NCBI RefSeq assembly: GCF_009914755.1
Contig: NC_060932.1
Source: the human T2T-CHM13v2.0 reference genome, Homo sapiens
Length of the DNA: 64,000 nucleotides
Direction: 5' to 3' (one strand)
A program made the translations under genes and the position numbers. Position 1 is the first letter of the stretch; each line of letters starts with the position of its first letter. Positions 1 to 14,023 of this stretch are shown piece by piece. The notes beneath the pieces are model-generated. The model did not search any database. It was not told the DNA's origin and saw only the letters and a program-made list of their open reading frames with translations.

Positions 1-135
1 CTGTTGTTTTACACTGAAATGAGTACTGGGAACTGATGCATAGTTTGAAGAGCTTAATGTTCTTTTACTCACTTTCTCTGCAAAAATAATTACACAACTG
101 TAAAACTGTGAGCTTTTCAAAGCATCAAGTTCTTG

Positions 136-276
136 ATATATATGTATATGTACATACATGTATATGTGGATATATATGTATATGTACATGTATATGTGGA
201 TATATATGTATATGTACATATATATGTATATGTAGATACATATGTATATGTACATATATGTATATATATATGCACA
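136..276. repeat. (TA/TATG)n compound microsatellite
   Basis: Repeated tatatgta/tatgtaca units. Confidence 0.9.
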
Positions 277-1069
277 CATGAATTTCTCCTTGTCCAAGTG
301 TCTAACACCTAAGGAAATTTATTTTGATACAGAACCTTTCCTAGATGTGTAAAAGAAGAAATAAGCTTTACTTACAAATAATTGTACTCAGACTCATGAT
401 CACGATCTCATTTACTGACGAGAACTATGTCTTATGAACTATGGCTTCACTAGGTACTGGTTAAGAGATTTTCTCCACTTATGACACTCTTCATAAAGTA
501 AACATTAAGACTTTGCATTTATAGTAGATGCTAACACAAGCAGTTTTCACATTATGAACTTGTGGGTACCATTTTGTTAAAACATTTTGCCTTTCCACAA
601 CTCTGTAACTATAAAAAATTACGAAATTTATTGAAATGTAAAAACTGTTGTCCCTTTAAAAACTGAAGTGTGAATACTTTTAAACTCACTTCCAGTGATA
701 GAAGGAGATTGTGTGTAGACTTTAAAGTATACCCAGCAACATCAACTAGCTACTTTCCTGAATCGTGAATGCAGCACCATTTAAGCAAGCATAGGAAAAA
801 GAAAACTAACAAAAGGATCAAGGTAAAGCAAAATCTAATACATGTTCAGTATTCTAAAATGCCTCTGGCTTCCCTCTAGCTATAGTGGATAATAATTTTT
901 CAAAGACGGGCTTATTTTAAATGGCTAGTAAAATGATATCAAACATTTTCTTAGGCATATATTTAAATAGAGAAGAAATATATTGCTGGTGTTGATTACA
1001 ACTCAATGGCCGTCAGAAGACAGTAACTTTTAGGATTCCATTAAATGCTGATACTAGCCAAAAAGAAAA

Positions 1070-1233
1070 AGGAAATAAAACATCAGACCACAGTTTCAAA
1101 TACAGTATAGAGAGCACACACTGGCTATGCTATCTAGAGACAGAGATAAAGAACTATCTCTGCCTCTAGATAGTATAGCCAGTCTGTCCTCTCTGCACTG
1201 TATTTGAAACAGTGGTCTGATGTTTTCTTTCCT
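1070..1233. repeat. Long inverted repeat, 79-bp arms, 6-nt loop
   Basis: 1070-1148 is the reverse complement of 1155-1233 with 8 mismatches and no gaps; loop aagaac. Confidence 0.93.
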
Positions 1234-1252
1234 GTTTAAGAAACTCTACTCT

Positions 1253-1604
<352 letters not shown>

Positions 1605-3879
1605 TCAAGCTTCCACTGACGCGAATGTGATGTGGCATTAAAAACACTCCAGGGTGCCCTTTCACTTGGAAAAAATATACATACACATATACATTGCCTT
1701 TAAGTATAGTAGAGCCAAGTACAATATACTATATATAATATACATTATATAAACACGTTATGTATACATTATACAACGTGTACTACATGCACATTATATA
1801 ATGTGTAATAGTGTAAAAATAGAAAAATAGAAAATATGTTGTCCTTAGACTATCTTTAATTTGTAAATGTTTCAAAAAGAGAAACTAGAATTTTCATTGC
1901 TCTCAATGAGAAAAGAAAGAAAAGTGCAAAAAAGGGAATTGGATAGAGCCTTATCAGAGTTATGTAAAAGAACTAAATTTTTCTATATTGGAAAATAAAT
2001 CTAATTTTTATTTCTAAATTTGTGTTTTGCCTCTGCATATATTATGCCAATAAGAATGATGCCTCAGTGATCTTTAGCCATGTTTTTTCTGCCTAATTCA
2101 AAGTATTAACCATAATATCTCACTCTTCTCAGGGACTCTGAACCAAAAACCAATGATAGTAAGGAATAGACTATTTCTTTTTTACCAATACTAAGAATTA
2201 AAGGGTTAAGTTAAGTAAGACAAACTCTCTGCTGATCAGTGCCTGCGAGACAACAGTGAAAAACAAATCAGCACTCATTCCCCAGGTTAGAAAGTGCATA
2301 ATATGTTAATGTCGACTCTATAATATGGGACTTGCTTGCATTATTAATTGCTAACTCATTACTCAAAAAGTGTTCATTCTACAATACTATTAGGCAAGTG
2401 TGTTTGCACTGTGAAGACCAAGCAAAAATAACCTCCGCAATTGTTGAATGGTACAATTAGAAACACATGATTTCTAAATTGCCATTATCACGGCCAAAAA
2501 AATGATAAAAATAATTAGTTGCCAACTTGGGAAAAAATATATATCTTTGCCATGTCAAAGAGTATCAAGAATACTTTGGCAGTTTCTGGAATGCAGTGTA
2601 TTAATAATTTTCAGAATCTATCAGGAGCCTGATGCCACTGAGACCTGCCTTCTGACACCATAGAATATGTGGCTTTTGTCTAACCCACACACTGGACCTG
2701 GAAGTTCCTAAGTTACTAGGCTAAGCAAGTGCTTAAGATACTGTCTGTTCTAAAAGTCAAAATGGCTCCAAATGCTTGTCTATGCTTTTTAACAATATTA
2801 CATTTATTTATTTTGTGGTGGTAACATGTATTTATGAAATCTTCAAAGTTATATAGGTTTATTTAGAATAACATGCAATTTTATTTGGTAAAGCAAGTGA
2901 ATTTTGCTCAGAATTCTTTATGCTGTTTTTTTTTTCTTTTAGATGAGACCAGGATAACTCATCTGTGGTATGTGTTACAAGAGTAGTGTCTAGCGTCATC
3001 CTTGAAAGTGGAGAGATGGTGACCATGGGGACAGAAAAGTTCTGGGAAGCAGACATGGACTACTGGATTTCCATGAAAACAAAAGTCACATCCAGAATAC
3101 ATTAAATTCTAAAACGTACATGCTCAATCAACATGCGAAGATACTGAAAGGACTTTGGGCTTATTAATTTTATGTTATTCATCCCTAGCTGTTCAAAAGT
3201 ACTCATTAAGATTGTTCTGGTATGTAGAATGTAAATAAAATTTATAGCTTTATTTCATATATTTGAAGCGCTAGCATAATACCTGGAATTATGACACCTC
3301 TCCCTATATGCTTTTAAAAATAAAAATATAAATTAGAAATATACTATTTAAAATAAAAATGTATACTGTTAATATATGTTGTTCAAAGTTGTTGACTTTT
3401 ACAACATTATAAAGCTATATTCACGATGAAATCTTAAGAAAATGAGAAGCACTGAATAGATAGATTTTTTGTTGTTTGTTGCTTTTATGCTTTTGGTTTT
3501 CTTTTGCTTATCTGAGGACACTAGTAACTAAGATTTTGGAAATTTTTTTCCTAAAATAATTTTTAAACATTTCTTAATAAAAGGATATGGGACATAATTT
3601 GAGCTTCTCATAATGACTGATCTTTACTTGGCAGAACTCATCGTACACATTTCTGTGATACAACAATGCTCTCAGGCCTTCTGAGCTCTGCTGAGTTGGT
3701 GATTAAAACACACCTGGTTGCTGTCTTATTTTAGTCTTCATATCTCACCTGTGGCCTGCCTTCTTCCCTGCTGTCAATCAATTGCATGTTTCTCTGAAGC
3801 CTGTGTTCTTGTCTCCAACAGAAATTCCCAGGATCTGCTATTCTCTAAGGTTGTAAGCTATGCCATCAAAAGTATTGAG

Positions 3880-4850
3880 TTCTGAATGCATCATTTCTTC
3901 AGTTGTGTGTTGAGTGCTTACTGTTTACAACATATTATTAGGTATTGGCTGAGTAAAGATGAAGATGAAATAAGCAATGATCTCTAATATGAAGAACTCA
4001 CAAACACCAGGAGGAAGAGCCAAATGTGAAGTACGAAGTCGAACAAAGACCCAGAGGAAGAAGTGAGTAATTCTTTCTGGTCTAGGTCAGACAAAATTCA
4101 CAGACAAACTAGTTGGGCCACCTTGGATATATGAATACAACTATTCCAGGTGGAGAAGGGATGAAAGAAAAGCATTCCAAACAGAAATGAGCAAAGCTGT
4201 TGAGCAAAAGCAAATGAGCAGAGCTATCGAGCTGTAAACCTGCATGGTAGGTCCAGGGAAGTCACTGTGGTATAGCGTGATTACAGAGTGAAGGACACAG
4301 AGAGGACTGTAGTGCAGGCTTCTCTCTTGGGAGCAGATGCAAGCAGCTTTCCAAGGGTAGTGATGGTGGAACTGGGCCTTCAACTGTCAGCAGGAGAGGG
4401 CATAAGTATGTAGGTCAGTGTCAGATTGGAACAGGACTGAATTTTAATATAAATATGCAATGAAAATTGCAGAGAAGGTTTTAAAGCAGTGAAGTGAGGG
4501 GATAGGATCTGTTTTGGAAATACTTAGCATATTGAGGGGAATGTACTCAGCAATGAGGCAGTGGCTACAGAAAGACCGTCTAGGGGGCCTCTGGAACAAG
4601 GCAGAGGGGGGAAAGTAATGACCAAGGGACTGGTGGGGAGGCTGAAAGTTGGGCAGACATTCTGAGGGACTTCAGGAGATCGGAGGAAAGGCAGCTGCTA
4701 GTGCAAACGCCTAGATAGATGGAGATATTGGCAAAGGCAAAACAGGCTGCAGGTCATGCAATGCGGCCAGGATGGGACCAGTGAATTTCTTATGGACCAT
4801 TGCATCTGAGGTACCGGAGGGACATCTAACAGTAGGGACATGCTGGTAGA
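3880..4850 (-). mobile_element. L2 relic
   Basis: ttgagtgcttactg-type L2 3'-end motif followed by degenerate purine-rich L2-like sequence; boundaries approximate. Confidence 0.5.
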
Positions 4851-5108
4851 TGTTTAACGAGCGGCTTTGCTGGCATAAGGGATTCCTGATTTATAACATT
4901 TGCCAATTTCTGTGGCATAAATAATACTCTCAGGGTAGATTTCATGCTCCCAACAAGAATCTTCCTTTAATTGTGCCTCTTATTATCTTATCTAGTTGCA
5001 GTAACTAAAGTGTCCAGGAGGGTATTACAGAATAGTGAAAGTGGTATATTTACAGTGGTAATTGGAATGCTTTTAAATTATTCCATTAAATTGTCACAAA
5101 TATTTTAA

Positions 5109-5440
<332 letters not shown>

Positions 5441-6589
5441 TCTTTTCCTTATTTTTGATGACATTTATAAAGCTCAATCCAAAATGTGTGCTAAATTTTT
5501 ATCTACGAATTTTAATATTTATACTTAGTTAAAATATTGTTTTCTAAAATCTACCAATACACGAAATATCCTGTTGTTTAATCATTGTAATACTATTGAA
5601 ATGAATTTCCATATTTATTGATTTTTTCATTTGCTCCCAAATTCTATGTTAATATTTATTTAGAAGTTTCGAATCAGCATTTATTTATATGTGAGGTTTG
5701 CTGTAGTTTTCTTTCTATATGTGTTTTCTCAGGATTTCCTGTGAAATTCATAAAACTATTTAGAAAATTTCTTATTGGTCTACATGCTGGAGGGGTTTGT
5801 AAATCACTGGTGTCATCTCATCCTGCGATATCTTGCATAATGCATCCGGGCCATTTCTTGGTCTCATTCCTTTCTTAGGGTGAATGGAGGATGCTGAGGT
5901 CTCAGCATTGAGAGGACCAGGCAGTCACTGAAGTGCATACAAATGGGCCCTACAGAATCTGCCTTTTGCTGCTGCTGAAAAGCAAGGTTAATGGAATTTC
6001 CGCAGGAACATGAGCGTTAATATGATTTCCCCATTTGTTCCCTCTCCTCTTTACGCATACATAGCAAATTAATTAAATACTTCTGCAGCATGGCTAAATC
6101 CTTGGTATTGTCATGATAAAAAATTAAGCATAATAATTTTAGTGCTAATTATGTATTTTTGGCATAATGTTTCATTCCAACTGAAATACCCTTAAGCACA
6201 GGAGAATGGCCATTTAGTGAAAGTGAAACATAAAAGAGAACGCTTTTAGAGTCTTGGATTATTTTTCAATTATAAATAGCCCATAAAGTGACTATTTGTA
6301 GCACTTAATATTTATATATAATCACACTTCATAATGAAAGTAGAAAATAACAAATGACAGAAATATTTTTATGATTTTTGTGATCCGGAGTCTTAAAGCT
6401 CTGAAAAGACCTTAGTTTAAAATTATTAGTTACTACTTCCATGTAATAAGCACCAATTGTATACCAGATCTCTTAATTTTTCCAACAATTCCTAGCTATA
6501 TGCAACATCATTTCCATTTTGCAAAAAAGGTTAGCATGCTTAATAAAGTTAAAGAACTTTATCAAAAAGCTTCTAGAGAATGGAGCAGT

Positions 6590-7365
<776 letters not shown>

Positions 7366-8384
7366 GGAAACAAGAAGCAAATATGTATTTGAACCTGGTC
7401 TTTCAACTTCAAAACCTACATTTTACTCTGCTGCCCATGTGTTGCCTTTGTAATCAAAACTAAAACCTTTCCATTTAACATTTGAAATTGTTACCTGCCT
7501 GTTCACATGGCTATCTTTCCTCCCCAGGCTCTAAGCTATTTTAGGGCAGACATATCATCATATTTCTGATGTTACCCCCACCTTAATAGATAAGTGTCTA
7601 GGACACAATTCCTTAGTAAATCTTCATCATGCTGAAGAGAAATGACTCTGTAAAAGGAATGTGGATGGTTATAGTGGTTTAAATATTGAGACTACATATT
7701 ATAATTCAGTAGTTGAATGTTTTTCATACTTGATGCCAAAGAAATGAGATAAAACTAATAAATTTTGGGATCTGGAATATACTAGTTTCCTTGTTGTATG
7801 TCACTAACAAACCTTAGAGGTGTAAACATAGGTGTGCCTTTTTTTATAACTTTAATAGGGATGGAATTTTAAAAGCTTGGGGAATTTGGAATTCTGAGCA
7901 TCCTCATTTAGTTTTTCACAGTGAAAGAGTGTTACTAATTAATTGCAGAAACATCCTAAAATGTAGATACGTAGGAACAGAACTCAAATTGGCTTGAGTT
8001 GGCTATAACTCTGTAATTCTGAGACAGGAAGGTATAATATGATAAATAAAAAGGAAAGAGTAGATAAAGGGTGATTTCTAAGGCAAAGGATAATCATGTC
8101 GATTCAACAATTTATCTGTTTATTCATTTGTCTATTGATGCATTCATTTTCATTCCATCCATCCAAATAATGCTATACATTGTCAATATGCTAACAACAA
8201 TGGAAAGGCCTGGTAAGACTGTTCTGGTTCTGTGGCTTCCTTTGGAGTCCTCTCAAATGGTGGCAATTGTTTTTGCTTCATGCTAATGTCTACTGTAGAC
8301 TAGCTCTGGTGGCACAGAAACCATACATTCTCAGTGTTGCTTCCTAAACAATGTCCCTTTCCTTACTTAAGTAAAACCAGTGAA

Positions 8385-8520
8385 GCTGGGTACTGCGATG
8401 CATGTCTGTAGTCCCAGCTACTGGGGAGGCTGAGGCTGGAGGATCCCTTGAACTCAGGAGTTGGAGGCCAGCCTAGGCAACATAGGTAGACTTTGTTTCT
8501 AAAAAACAAAGCAAAACAAA
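8385..8520 (+). mobile_element. Alu monomer (FLAM-like)
   Basis: Single arm ctgtagtcccagctac...gaactcaggagttggaggccagcctaggcaacat plus A-rich tail. Confidence 0.85.
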
Positions 8521-9513
8521 TGCCATTCTTATCTCATTTCTCCATCACAGAACATTTCAGCACCTTTTTCTCTCTTTCAGAGCTCCTGTTTTCCTTCCTG
8601 GACACTGACACGTCTACATGGATCTTCCATTCCTTCTTTGCATGGAATGATCTTGCATGCAGCCATCCACTCTTAAGGCCTGACTGTAAATCTTGCTCTT
8701 ACTAAACTATATGAACTGTACCACTTGTACAGCCTCAAATCCAGAGATCCCACATCTCCCCATAACCAGATCCACCACTTGAACACTCCCTGTTTGCCAC
8801 ACTGCCCACAGCATGGCCCAACCTTGCTCCTTTCTCTCAAGGGCCAACTTCCCTGTGTGTTACTGCAATTGTAATAATGAATGTAGTTCCAGTATCTAAA
8901 AAACTTGCTTCAGGAATACATAAGTCTGGAATAATATATACCCACTGACATCAAGTAAGTTTGGTTTTGGTAGGAGAACTTGATAGGTTAAAAAAAATCA
9001 TAGGACAGTATATTAACTATTGTTAAGTAAAAGCGGGAAGCACAAGGGAGAGATGCTTAACCCAAGCTTCAAGATTAGATTTAGAGAAGGTTCAAAAACG
9101 AAACCTCCTCTCTAAGGGTCTCAGGGAGACTTTCTGGAAAAATGATTTCTAGACTGAATCGTCAAAGACAATTTTCTATTCATTTCTAAACAAATATAGC
9201 AATTTTGATCATTATGAAAATAATTTTCATCATAGACATAATACTTAAAATTTTATGTATAACACACAAGACTCTGTTCCTTAACAGTATTTTCTCACCA
9301 AGCTATAAGCTTTTCTAAAAAAAAATAATTAATAATTAAATCTCTGAAGTGGATATATTCTTCCTAAATCAATGCAACATTGTCTTTGTTAACTTTGTTG
9401 TTGTTATTTCCTTTTAATAGTACGTTTGCTGTTTGAACACTCGGTCTAACTTCAGTTCATTCAAAAACAGTTCATTTTGAAAGGAACAATAAGGAACAAA
9501 CGAAATACACACA

Positions 9514-9865
9514 TGATATGGATTGGCTGTATCCCCACCAAATCTCAACTTGAATTCTATCTACCAGAATTCCCACATATTGTGGGAGGGACCCAGGGGG
9601 AGGTAATTGAATCATGGGGGCTGATCTTTCCCATGCTATTCTTCTGATAGCGAATAAGTCTCACAAGATCTGATGGGTTTATCAGGGGTTTCCGCTTTTG
9701 TTTCTTCCTCATTTTCTCTTGCCACCTCCATGTTAGAAGTGCCTCTTTCCTCCCGCCATGATTCTGAGGCCTCCCAGCCATGTAGAACTGTAAGATCAAT
9801 TCAACCTATTTTTCTTCCCTGCCTCGGGTATGTCTTTTTCAGCAGCATGAAAACAGACTAATACA
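9514..9865 (+). mobile_element. THE1 (THE1A-like) MaLR solo LTR
   Basis: tgatatgg...gactaataca termini; THE1A-type ggtttatcaggggtttccgcttttg; perfect 5-bp TSD acaca at 9509-9513 and 9866-9870. Confidence 0.93.
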
Positions 9866-12800
9866 ACACACAATTTTTTTTTTTTCTAGCATTTGCAGCT
9901 AACAAAAGCAGTTTCCTCTCCTCAGTCAAAACTTTGAAATAATAAACTTGTGATGCTGATTGAATGAAATGATAAAGTGTGTAATTTCTAATAACAATAG
10001 TGGTGATATATTATCCCATGCCTTTGATTTCTAATTTGAGAAATAGATATCAATGTATTAACTTATAAGATCCTTAAAATAACCCTTTCAAATAAGCAGG
10101 AGAGATGGCACTCTCATTTCACAGACCTAAAGTAGTGTGAGGTATGTTGACCTGACCAAGGTTATATATCCATCCCCAAATGTAAATTCACCCCTGGTCC
10201 TCTTGTAAACGAATGCTTTGAATTGAGTTTCATCTAAATTTTATTACTTGTATTTTTAAAAATATACTTGACCAGTTACTCTATATCTTTCTATTTTGCC
10301 CATTTGAAATAAAACTTATTTCCCAAAACAATGCAACAAAAAAAGAAATAAAACACAGAAATGAAAATGGAATATTTAAGACCAAAATTATGTACTTGAG
10401 ACATCTGTAGCATACTATAACACAATCAGAAAAAAAATGCTAAAGGATATTATTAACTCCTTTGGACCATCATGTTATATCACATGAAAAACTGTAGTTT
10501 AGCTTTTCTTCTACTTCAGTTTAAAAAGTAATGGGATGACTTTCATAGGCCAGTCACTGTGCTTGCCACAAGAGCTAGAAAGATGAGCCTGCTTGTCCCC
10601 CAAACTCACAGAAGCTTCTGATGCAGTGAGAGAGACACAGATTAATTAGGTAAGATTTGGAGAATATGGTGGGTACTAAAATTATGGCTGCTCTTATAAT
10701 AAACATCATTGTCATCTCTAATTATTTTAAAATATATGTGATTTATTTTTATATAAATTATATATAAAATAGATATAAGGTTCTTTAGAACATTTATCAA
10801 TATTCACAATTGCATGTCTTTAATTAGATGCAAAAATCACAGAAAATAAAAAGCTAGAATAAATGCTTCCTCAAACTTCCCCTGTATCTCTTTACAAATC
10901 CCACTCCAATAAAAAGTCAAGTTAGATAAATAAAGCTTTTGTAAAACGGAATTATCATAGTTGTAGGGATGAATATTTACATGCCTGAGAGCTCTCCAAT
11001 CTAATTTATGCCACACTCACCTTGCTCAAACACAATGATGATTTGGATTTGCTATTTGAATTACGAATACTATGCTGAATTCCTAGCAGTCTAAACAGCT
11101 GAAAATGGTGTTGGAGGTTAGGGGCTGGTGCCTAGATATTAGCTCTAACAGGTGGATGCAGCTCTGTCATATAAGGTCATGGAAATCACTGCTATCAGCC
11201 AGGCATGAAATCTGAGTTATTTTATTAGTGATGGTGGCTGATGGATGACCACAGAATACCAAACTCCAGCTACAGGTGTGGCTGCTTAGTTACAATGTAT
11301 CTGCCAAAAGATGCAAGGAAAACTCCACATTGGTTCAAGATTATAAAAAATCCACTTTAGATACATTTGTTTCTATATTAAATCAACTCAATAAAAATTA
11401 ACTATGCTGGGAATCTAGACACCTAATTTCCTCTGAAATATTTACACTCGTTGACAATAAGCATTAATTAGTGCCAGTGTGGGTACTGGTACTCAGTTTA
11501 TGTTTATTGAAGCAAAATAAAGCTCTAAGTAGGTGGAAAATTTTTTTCAATCACAGAAATAGGTTGAGTATTAAATAGAACAAATTGTATTGTCCAAGCT
11601 TATGAAAATAAGGAAGAACTACTTTTACTTTTGTAGAAGAAAAAAAGAATGACTTTTTTCCTAGAGTCAGTGAAGATCTTCAAAAAAACAATAATTTCAG
11701 TTGTTTATAAATCAAATGTTAAACCAATTGTTAGTCTTCCAAGAAAGTTACGTGTACCAGAAAAATTATAAAATGGTTTAAAAATGTATTAAACTCTTTA
11801 CTTATTTCTAAAGAATCCACGTAACATGAACTAACTCTACACAAAGACAATGTTAGGATTAAGTAAAAAGTGTTAGAACGTGCCTTCCAGACTAAGATAT
11901 TAAAAAATCCAACGTACTGTATCTGTAGGGAGAACTTAAAACTTAAAACAATAAGAATGACAACAAAAAGCACAATGATTCAGATAGGACAAAATGAGAT
12001 TAAATAATTCTACCCCATGTGTCCAAGCAAGGAGATAAACTGTATACTGTGGTGGATCATGTGGCTTCATTACTGTGTAGTCAACTAGACAGACTTAACC
12101 CCAGAATAGCATGGTCACCCTGGAAGAATTTTTTTTTTTTCCTTAAAGATCTGTTGAGAATGCAAGGAGGAAAATTTTTGATAATCCTAAATTGGAGTAA
12201 ATTGTACCTAATTAAGAGAAGACAGAGTGGAAGCTCAAATTTGAGTGGAACTTCTAAATTATATAAACCATCAGTTTTTTTTTTTACACTAAGTGCACAA
12301 TATATAAAATTACAAAAAAAAATCTCATTGATAAGTTACGTCAACGAATATAAATGTATACTGTACTTTACCACACTTCTGTCCATCTCATTTAATTATT
12401 TTAGACATTTGGTTATTTGTAGGAATGACATGCAAACTATTTCACCATCAGCATGGCCCAGGTGATAGCCAGTCATAGCAACCACTAACCAGCTTTCTTT
12501 AATTCCAAACAATGGTAACAATAATTCTCACAGTTCACACAGTGGATACTGTAAGCCAAGTATATTTCCTAGTGTTTATCACAATAATGCTCCTACATAT
12601 GCAAATGATCTCCAACTTAGAGACAATTAAAGTTACATTCAAAGAGTTTTTTGTAAACTGCTCAAAGTAGCATAATTCATAAGCTGAACCCAGGTATGCA
12701 TGGATCTGACACGCATATGCTCTGTCCATCCACCTCCATGGAGGTGTTCACTGTGATAACTAGAAATGAAAGTCTAGGGTTGGTTACCGCAGAACAGATC

Positions 12801-13723
12801 AGTAGGTACCCACCAATGGCTTGTCCTTCCCTTTTATACTGTGGAGTTAGGACTAGAGGGTGGCAGTCTAGGTCGGGCTGACGTTCTCAGCACTTATTGC
12901 CTAGCTGGGGCCATGTAGCTGAGCTGTGGTCGCAGAACAGGAGTGCAAATGTCAAATACATTTCCATATCTGGCCATGGACCCTCCTCACGTGATACTAC
13001 TCTACTCTCTCTCTCTCCCACTCTGACACTGGATTTGACTTCCAGGTTGACCTTAGGTACTCTATGTAGCAAATATAGAGATGGGTAGAAATGGAAAGTT
13101 AGTCATAGCTATAGACTTAATAAAGGGTGAAGTTTAAAGATATAGCTATTAAGACCAATATGAAAGCATAGCTACAGATGGATATGTTCCTTATTTCAGA
13201 AATAAATTCAAGTGATCATCAATGCCTTTTCTTGAAGTCTGTTTACAGATATAATAGGCTAAATAAATATATACATCTGTTTTTGTATGAAAATTATAAA
13301 TGAACACAGTTGATTATAACTATTTCCTGATGTGCTCTCCATCCTAAAGAAAACATTTATTCAAATTCAACATCAAACCTTATTTGTGAAATTAAATATC
13401 ACAGATTACCACCAATGTTTAGATAAGAAATTGACAAAATTATTTCACAAAAATAGAGGAATGGCATTCTTTTCTACTCACAGAAAGACAGAGGGTGTAA
13501 ACTCATCTGCTCTTTATGGGAACTAAGGCGTGAGGATAAATTGTTAGTAACTTCAGACGTAAGAAATCAATCTCTCAATCTTGACAAACTTACATATCTA
13601 AAGAAGATATTCTGACTTTAAAAGGTTTGCTTATCGCCACATTTATACAGACTGTTGAGGAAGCTAAGAAAAATATTAAAGTAATGTAAAAATGCCTTCC
13701 AAAAAATTTCCCTCTTAATTAGA

Positions 13724-14023
<300 letters not shown>

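Noticed and set aside
5930-6130. Non-repeat stretch with homeodomain-like TAAT/ATTA motifs suggesting a conserved enhancer
   Set aside because: Such motifs are common in AT-rich DNA, and conservation cannot be judged without an alignment.
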